From Candidatus Methylomirabilis oxygeniifera (GTDB lineage Bacteria; Methylomirabilota; Methylomirabilia; Methylomirabilales; Methylomirabilaceae): a DNA stretch of 32,000 bases. Position 1 is the stretch's first letter; each line of letters opens with the position of its first letter. The stretch is from positions 870,001-902,000 of the forward strand of contig FP565575.1 in the NCBI GenBank assembly GCA_000091165.1. The letters run 5' to 3'. The position numbers were made by a program, and so were the translations under genes. Positions 26,228-32,000 of this stretch are shown piece after piece. The notes beneath the pieces were generated by a model, which had not been told where the DNA came from, made no database searches, and saw only the letters and a list, made by a program, of their open reading frames with translations.

Positions 26228-26608
26228 TCACAAGATTCTGTTGCGGTGGATAATGACCTCTACCCGGCCGCGGTCGTTAATGAGGAGATTCAAGAGACCG
26301 CTGATCAGACTTATCAGAATAGCCCCGAACACGGCGGACCAGAAGCCCTGCACCTCGAATCCTCGGATCATTAACGAGACGAGTTTCAGGAGAGCGGCGT
26401 TGAGCAGCGGGATAAACAGCCCCAGCGTTATAATTGTGAGTGGAAGCGTCAGAATCAGGATCACAGGTCGTACAACGGCGTTGACTATCCCGAGGAAAAA
26501 GGCTGCAGCCAGCGCGGGAAGGACGCCTCGCACCGCGATGCCGGGGATGACGGTCGATACGAGTAAGAGGGCCAGCGCATTAAGAACAAGGCGGATGAGA
26601 AATCCCAT
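26228..26608 (-). CDS. DUF360 / 'phage holin family IV'-like 4-TM membrane protein
   Basis: MGFLIRLVLNALALLLVSTVIPGIAV.G...A..LGIVNAVVRPVILILTLPLTIITLGLF matches the YvlD/DUF360 pattern as I remember it. A GAGGTG RBS lies 6 nt before ATG 26608. The gene starts 21 nt downstream of the FAAL stop. Confidence 0.6.
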   Translation of the reverse strand: MGFLIRLVLNALALLLVSTVIPGIAVRGVLPALAAAFFLGIVNAVVRPVILILTLPLTIITLGLFIPLLNAALLKLVSLMIRGFEVQGFWSAVFGAILISLISGLLNLLINDRGRVEVIIHRNRIL

Positions 26609-26629
26609 CAATCGCACCTCAGGGTTATG

Positions 26630-28528
26630 CTAACCGAACTCGCCCCGGAGAAACCGTTCTCTGGTGTCGAGCCGCATCCGTTTTCCGCTGGTGGTTTTGC
26701 TGAGGGTTCCTGGTGCGACCAGCAGCACATGGTCAAGTACCGTGCCGCCTGCCGGCCGATAGACGTCATCCACGCGGGAGCGGATCTCTCGCAGTAAGGC
26801 CTCATGGAGCGGTGCATGGCGGTGCGGATCGGCCAGCTCAACCACCGCCACCACCCGCTGAGTTCCGGATCTGGCGTCGGTGACGCCGAAGACGATGCTT
26901 CGACCCGGCCTGACCCCCTCAACGGTTTCTATGACCTCTTCGAGATGGGCCGGGGCATAGTTGCGGCCCCCCTTGATCACGATCTCCTTTAACCTCCCGG
27001 TGATGTATAGCTCTCCTGCCGAGTCGATCGTCCCCTCATCACCGGTGTGCAGCCACCGTCGTCCGTCTCGTTCTCGGATTACCTGCGCGGTGGCCTCCGG
27101 GTCTCCAAAATATCCGTCCATCAGGCTTGGTCCTGTCACGATTACCTCGCCAAGGCGCCCGATCGGGAGCTGGTTGCCTTCGGTGTCAATGATTCGAATG
27201 TCAAAATCCTGGAGCGGCCGTCCCACAGATACCCACTCCTCGCCCCGCTGTCTGCAGACCCGATAGGGTGCTGTGAGGTCCGGGAAGGAGACGGCGAGCG
27301 CCATCTCGGCCAGCCCATAGACCGGTGACAAGGCTTCCCGACGAAGTCCGAACTGCTCGAACTCGCGTTGGAACGCTTCCATCGCCTGCACAGTAACCGG
27401 TTCAGAGCCGTTCATCAGGATTCGAAGGCGGGAGAGGTCAAGACGGCTCCCCTGTCCATGGGCCGGCGAGTGCGCAAACCGTCTGGGCGCGATCCGACAC
27501 ATTCTGGCGAGCCGTCCGATAGCGGAGTTGTTGGCGACTGAGACTGTGGCCTTGAACTGATGGATCGCCCACATCCAGCGGATTGGATCGCGGGTAAAAT
27601 CAGTGGGCGACATCAGGCAGGCTTCCATGCCGAGGGCAAAGGATCCCAGCGTAATGCCGATGAGCCCCATGTCATGGTAGAGCGGTAACCAGGAGACTAC
27701 CTTGTCGTCCGGTCGCGGCTGTACCGCTTGCCCGAACGCCCGGATGTTGGCTAAGATCGCTCGGTGGCTGAGCACGACACCCTTCTGAATACCGGTTGAT
27801 CCGGAAGTAAATTGGATCAGAGCCGTGGCATTGCCATCAACGCTCGGCGACCGAAACTGAGCGGTTCCTCGCAGGAGGTCGGAGGCCGGCACAAAGGCAG
27901 GCGGCTCACGAAGGAGCCGGGCAGCAGCCTGACACACGGGACCGAACTCTCGCTCGGCGATTACCACGGTAGGTCGGGAGGTCTGGCAGACATGGACCTG
28001 CTGGTCCACGTACCGGCTGAGGCGCTGAAGCTGCTCCAGGAGAGTCATGAGAGGCCGTCCCGCGTTTCGCCCCTGTCGCCAGCGTTGAGCGAAAGGCTGT
28101 TGCACGAGGCGGTCGATCACCCATTTGGCGGGGGCGTACAGGCCGGTGGTGGTCGCTGCGGCCAGGGTGCGAAGCAGGCCTTTCGGGAGAAGCAGGGGCG
28201 GATACGTGGGAACCGCTACCGCACCCGCCAACCAGGTACCGAATAAGGCTTGAAGGATGGGCCGCCCGGTGGGAAGCATGATAAGGACCCGATCTCCCGG
28301 CCGGACCCCCAGTTCCTGAAGGAGCGCCGCCACCCGCTCGGCCTCCTGGCACAACATGCCGAACTGGATCGGCTCGTCGGTGTCAGGACCGCGGAGTAGC
28401 GAGCACCAGGGCCTCTCCATGCGATATTCCGCCTGGTAATGAACGATCTGGCCAATCGTATCCGAGGCTGTGAGAGCGGCTAGTGGAGAGGGGTCGAGAG
28501 ATTCACAATAAGTGGAGGAGATAGTCAC
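26630..28528 (-). CDS. Fatty acyl-AMP ligase (FAAL)-like adenylate-forming enzyme
   Basis: It has the AMP-binding core LIQFTSGSTGIQKGVVLSH. The FAAL-typical motifs SWLPLYHDMGLIG and ITGRLKEIVIKGGRNYAPAHLEEVIE are also present. Length is 632 aa. Confidence 0.8.
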   Translation of the reverse strand: MTISSTYCESLDPSPLAALTASDTIGQIVHYQAEYRMERPWCSLLRGPDTDEPIQFGMLCQEAERVAALLQELGVRPGDRVLIMLPTGRPILQALFGTWLAGAVAVPTYPPLLLPKGLLRTLAAATTTGLYAPAKWVIDRLVQQPFAQRWRQGRNAGRPLMTLLEQLQRLSRYVDQQVHVCQTSRPTVVIAEREFGPVCQAAARLLREPPAFVPASDLLRGTAQFRSPSVDGNATALIQFTSGSTGIQKGVVLSHRAILANIRAFGQAVQPRPDDKVVSWLPLYHDMGLIGITLGSFALGMEACLMSPTDFTRDPIRWMWAIHQFKATVSVANNSAIGRLARMCRIAPRRFAHSPAHGQGSRLDLSRLRILMNGSEPVTVQAMEAFQREFEQFGLRREALSPVYGLAEMALAVSFPDLTAPYRVCRQRGEEWVSVGRPLQDFDIRIIDTEGNQLPIGRLGEVIVTGPSLMDGYFGDPEATAQVIRERDGRRWLHTGDEGTIDSAGELYITGRLKEIVIKGGRNYAPAHLEEVIETVEGVRPGRSIVFGVTDARSGTQRVVAVVELADPHRHAPLHEALLREIRSRVDDVYRPAGGTVLDHVLLVAPGTLSKTTSGKRMRLDTRERFLRGEFG

Positions 28529-28538
28529 GATACTTCCT

Positions 28539-29630
28539 TTACGGGTGATGAGTAAGGTTCCTGACGCACCGTCGGCGTTTCGGGATAACGATCTTGTGGG
28601 GGTTGGCGTCGGCTAACGCAATCATCTCACTGATGGCCCAATCCCTCTGGGAGAGGCTTGCCTTCCGGGGATATGCTGTGCCTCCGAGGCGTTCAATACC
28701 TCGAATGATTCCGATAGGGATTGGTAGCGTTCCGTCGGTTGCGCAAACCTCGGCCAGCGAACCCGCTAGCGCCAGATAGGTCGAGAGGAATCGATGCGGC
28801 CAAGTGAATGAGCGGCTTCGTCTCATTTGGAAGACGGCGTACAGGAAGCCGCCCCAGCAAAAATGCGAAATACTGATTGTTTTGTGAACCCAATCGAGAA
28901 ATGCGAGGACCGTTTTGAGATGGACGCGTTCCCGTGGACTACTGGATCTGCCAAGGCCGACAAGAAGAGTCCACTCGATGAGCTCCCGCCACGGTTCCAG
29001 AAGTGTCCCGGTATGCCGGCAAAGACCGGTTAGGTTTCCTTGGAAGCTGTAAATATCTTGGTAGTGCCAGGATTCCCCTCCTTCGGTGGAACGATTCAGT
29101 AGCCAGGCTCGGAATCCCAACGTCATTGCTTTCTGCAGGAATCTTTGATCAACGTCGTTATGAGAGGCTCTGAGAAAAGCCTTATATGCTCGGCACAACA
29201 TCCGGTCACCGTGAGGCAGCCGAGATTGCTCTAGCGCGCGACTGATGACCTGGTCCCCAGCCAGCATGATGCCATTTACATGGGTTAGGCCTCGCAATAT
29301 GAACGGGCGCCAAATCACGACGATTTCCAAGTTGGTCAGGAACTCTAGTGATATAAGTGTCTGTACGGAGGTGTTTCGAGTGGTCAAAATCTTCGTGATA
29401 TCGCTAAATCTTGGTACGATAACGAACAGATCGTAGTCACTGGCCATTCGGAGGCCATCTTGTCCCAACTGCCCTTCGCCGTACGCGAGACTTCCGGAGA
29501 GGACGACTGACGCACGGGGTACAGTATCCAGCAGGATCTCGGTAATTGTTTCCAGCTCGATCCGAATCCGAGCGTGGGACTGCGGACTCTCATCAAGGCA
29601 AAATCGGTGACGATCGTCCAGAAGAAGCAT
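28539..29630 (-). CDS. Pol-beta-type nucleotidyltransferase-fold protein, otherwise uncharacterised
   Basis: The N-terminal motif VVLSGSLAYGEGQLGQDGLRMASDYDLFVIV fits hG[GS]-x(9-18)-DxD of minimal NTases. The remaining ~270 aa have no motif I recognise. The gene is tightly coupled to its neighbours, with gaps of 3 and 10 nt. Confidence 0.5.
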   Translation of the reverse strand: MLLLDDRHRFCLDESPQSHARIRIELETITEILLDTVPRASVVLSGSLAYGEGQLGQDGLRMASDYDLFVIVPRFSDITKILTTRNTSVQTLISLEFLTNLEIVVIWRPFILRGLTHVNGIMLAGDQVISRALEQSRLPHGDRMLCRAYKAFLRASHNDVDQRFLQKAMTLGFRAWLLNRSTEGGESWHYQDIYSFQGNLTGLCRHTGTLLEPWRELIEWTLLVGLGRSSSPRERVHLKTVLAFLDWVHKTISISHFCWGGFLYAVFQMRRSRSFTWPHRFLSTYLALAGSLAEVCATDGTLPIPIGIIRGIERLGGTAYPRKASLSQRDWAISEMIALADANPHKIVIPKRRRCVRNLTHHP

Positions 29631-29633
29631 TAT

Positions 29634-30737
29634 CTAGTTACCTGCCATTTTACTCGATTGAAACGATTGACTGCGTACGGTGTCGGCATGCCACGGACAT
29701 CGGCTCCGCTCCCACTCGGATGCAAATGCCCCAATAGTGGCGCAACGAACCGGGGCGACCGCGCTCACGGTATCAAGGAACCGTGCGAGTCGCTCCGTTC
29801 GAACGGATCCGCGATCATGCCCAAACGGACTCGGGAACCCTTCTACGAACTCCCACGGATGTACCAGCAAGACCAGGGTGATGGGGACGCTCGCAAGCGC
29901 GCTTACCGCAATGAGGTCTTGCAGGACTGACTGTGTTCGTGTTGTTTGTTGTATGAAACGATATGGGTGGTGTGATCGAAGGGATGGTCGAGGCTCTACA
30001 GAGACGGGTATCTCGATAAGTCGGTGTTGCGGAAGAGTGTCCCGTAGCCGAGTCAGAGGTCTGCCCGGATTACGGTGCGCCGGGGTTGATAGATACCCGA
30101 AAAGTTGATTCGGAAGCGAGGAGTCAACAAGAAATCCTGCATTTGTTACTGCTGCAGCACTCTGCGAATCAATGTGAAGGAAAGGAGCGCGGAAGGCGCG
30201 TATCGGGACGCCCACGAGGTCCTCAAGCATCTCTTTCGCCTTCCGAACCGTGTCCTCTTTCTCCGTCCTCCCATAAACGGTTGGAGGGCGAGGAATCGTG
30301 TCATCGATCCGGTAAGGGCCCCCATAACTCTCATGTGCCAGGCCGTGACACCCTATCTCATGCCCGCGTCGCGCCACCTCAAGCACCGTGTCGCCAGCCA
30401 AACGGGCCAGGATACCTTCGGTGAAGAAGGTCCCGCGGACTCCATGAGCGTCCAGGAGATTCAAGAGAGATGGGAGGCCCTCCTCAATGCCGCGGAGAGT
30501 TCGCGTATCCCAGGAACCTGCCTCCCAAGGAGGATCGAGTTCGAGATCGCAAGTGAAGATCAGTGAGATCGTCTCCTGACCGGACGGTTTCTTTGAAGTG
30601 TGCGTCCGAATGAAACAGCCTCTAAGGAGCTGCAGCCACCAGTGTGGATTCACATAGGCATTTCCATAAGGCTGCCAGATCGTTAGGGCGCGAAGATTCC
30701 GTTTGATCTCGCGTAGACGGACATTGAGAGATCTCAC
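29634..30737 (-). CDS. Polysaccharide deacetylase (NodB-homology / CE4-like) family protein
   Basis: The order of CE4-like motifs is FTCDLE (Asp motif), GHEIGCHGLAHE (His motif) and FRAPFL (RxP[YF]). It has a GTG start behind AAGGCG and an N-terminal extension of ~55 aa. Confidence 0.65.
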   Translation of the reverse strand: MRSLNVRLREIKRNLRALTIWQPYGNAYVNPHWWLQLLRGCFIRTHTSKKPSGQETISLIFTCDLELDPPWEAGSWDTRTLRGIEEGLPSLLNLLDAHGVRGTFFTEGILARLAGDTVLEVARRGHEIGCHGLAHESYGGPYRIDDTIPRPPTVYGRTEKEDTVRKAKEMLEDLVGVPIRAFRAPFLHIDSQSAAAVTNAGFLVDSSLPNQLFGYLSTPAHRNPGRPLTRLRDTLPQHRLIEIPVSVEPRPSLRSHHPYRFIQQTTRTQSVLQDLIAVSALASVPITLVLLVHPWEFVEGFPSPFGHDRGSVRTERLARFLDTVSAVAPVRCATIGAFASEWERSRCPWHADTVRSQSFQSSKMAGN

Positions 30738-30860
30738 ATTAATCGCCTTGAGTGCAGTATATAGTATCGCACTGGATTCTCAGGAGCAAGAACCTGAACG
30801 GGACCTAAAGATCACCGTGATCCTTTCTGCCATCGCCTGATCGAGGACTACAAGACTCTC

Positions 30861-32000
30861 TCAATGCGGCTGTGCGAGAACGGCCGGGTAAGGAGCTATA
30901 GGGAAGCACCCGTCATTAAGCAGCTCGGCGTATACCGCCTCTGCGCGATCTACCATCGTTTCGAACTTGAAGCACTCCAGGGACCGGTTTTGGCTCAGTC
31001 TGGCTCGGGCGGCAGCCGCTGTAGGATCCGACAGTACCGCAAGGATGCCGCCGGCGAGTGCGGCAGCGTCTCCCGGCGGGACCAGGACTGCGCCGTTCGC
31101 AACAATCTCAGGTATGCCGCCCACGGTGGTCGCTACGATCGGAGTCCCGGCTGCCGCTGCCTCCAGCACTACATACGAAAATACCTCGGATAAGGATGGG
31201 ATAACGATGACATCGGTTTCAGCGTACAATTTCGCCAGGTGAGACCGCGGTCGAAAGCCGATGAACCGAGTTATCCTCATTAGCCCCAGGGAGGTACACA
31301 ATTGCTCGAGTGCGGGCCGATAGGGACCATCGCCCGCTATCGTGATGATCAGGTCCGGGAACGCTCGACGAATCTGAGGGATCGCTTCGAGTAGATACTG
31401 CACACCCTTGCCCGCTACCAGTCGACCCACATACAGCAGATGAGGACCAGGTTGTCCAAACCGAGGTTCTCGTGGACGAAGAGCGAAGTTGTTTTGTGGA
31501 AGACCATGCGGGATAACTACGATTCGATCGGTGGGAAACCCGGACTCTCTCAGGCTCCGCGCGAGCGTGCTGCTGGGGGCGATAAACCGGGCAACCCCCT
31601 GGAGAAGATGCCGACGTGCTCTCCATGCTCTACGGAGAACGAGGTTCACAAACGGTACAGGAAGGCGAACCCCCATCTTGTCCCTGAGTCCTCGCGCCAG
31701 ACAAGGCGCACAGATCTCCGATGCGTAGCGTTGGCGACAACTCCCGTCCTCATTGTAACAGAGCTGTTGGCGGAGGCAGACCGGCCAATAGGTATGCAGC
31801 GTCGCGAGTACAGGGATCCGGAGGCGGTTCGCCGCGGCAATCGGTGCAAATGAAAGATTGAAAAAGGAGTGCAAATGGACGATATCAGGAGGCCAAGCGC
31901 GGAAAATGCGAAGGGTTGAAAGATATACGACTGGATCAAATTGGAAAAGTTTCGTCAGCAAAATCGGGAAGGCAGTCTTCGTTGAGAAGATTGCCTCGAC
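30861..32000 (-). CDS. GT4-family (GT-B, retaining) glycosyltransferase, 5'-partial
   Basis: The C-terminal domain carries an EX7E-type signature (PSLSEVFSYVVLEAAAAGTPIVATTVGGIPEIV). The reading frame stays open upstream of the track's TTG (…VEAIFSTKTAFPILLTKLF) to the window edge, so the N-terminus lies outside the window. Confidence 0.8.
   Translation of the reverse strand, partial: VEAIFSTKTAFPILLTKLFQFDPVVYLSTLRIFRAWPPDIVHLHSFFNLSFAPIAAANRLRIPVLATLHTYWPVCLRQQLCYNEDGSCRQRYASEICAPCLARGLRDKMGVRLPVPFVNLVLRRAWRARRHLLQGVARFIAPSSTLARSLRESGFPTDRIVVIPHGLPQNNFALRPREPRFGQPGPHLLYVGRLVAGKGVQYLLEAIPQIRRAFPDLIITIAGDGPYRPALEQLCTSLGLMRITRFIGFRPRSHLAKLYAETDVIVIPSLSEVFSYVVLEAAAAGTPIVATTVGGIPEIVANGAVLVPPGDAAALAGGILAVLSDPTAAAARARLSQNRSLECFKFETMVDRAEAVYAELLNDGCFPIAPYPAVLAQPH

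Noticed and set aside
26228-29630. The NTase-fold protein plus the holin-like 4-TM DUF360 protein as a CBASS-like or other abortive-infection defence pair.
   Set aside because: A FAAL separates the two, and they are co-operonic with glycan-modifying enzymes. I cannot see CD-NTase-specific features or any nuclease, patatin, TIR or SAVED effector. An envelope or glycoconjugate role fits the context better. A structure search could reopen this.

Overview
This is a dense, mostly core-metabolic stretch from a moderately GC-rich, probably diderm bacterium: a Skp/OmpH chaperone, lipoproteins and P-II/GlnE are all present. I saw no rRNA, CRISPR array, transposase or integrase.

Contents in order:
1. 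1-9810: a sulfur module. It holds a JAMM protease (5'-partial), a TauE-like exporter, ferredoxin-type sulfite reductase, a secreted YVTN beta-propeller, a palindromic REP-like element, Fe-S APS reductase and ATP sulfurylase. A convergent tandem rhodanese follows, then a stand-alone NIL protein. After that come a promoter, a SAM-I riboswitch and a terminator driving a second NIL protein, a threonine-synthase-like PLP enzyme and a MoaD/ThiS-like carrier ending in Gly-Gly-Cys.
2. 9842-16951: housekeeping genes, namely skp, two lipoproteins, ispH, an ACT protein, pxpABC and a galT-like gene.
3. 16952-22962: a nitrogen-control block. It has a sigma-54 promoter, glnB, a glnA broken by a 1-nt frameshift, a Gly-zipper lipoprotein and glnE.
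4. 23096-26169: an SDR epimerase, small membrane ORFs, RNase P RNA and tRNA-Glu(UUC).
5. 26228-32000, minus strand: a tightly packed operon of GT4 glycosyltransferase, CE4 deacetylase, an NTase-fold protein of unknown function, a fatty acyl-AMP ligase and a DUF360 membrane protein.

The two most interesting candidates are:
- The SAM-riboswitch-controlled NIL / ThrC-like / sulfur-carrier module. It is a putative route from O-phosphohomoserine to homocysteine that depends on a protein thiocarboxylate and is wired directly to sulfate reduction.
- The orphan GT4 / deacetylase / NTase / FAAL / DUF360 operon. It is a putative pathway to an N-acylated aminosugar conjugate.

All family assignments come from motifs read by eye. 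No database search was run.
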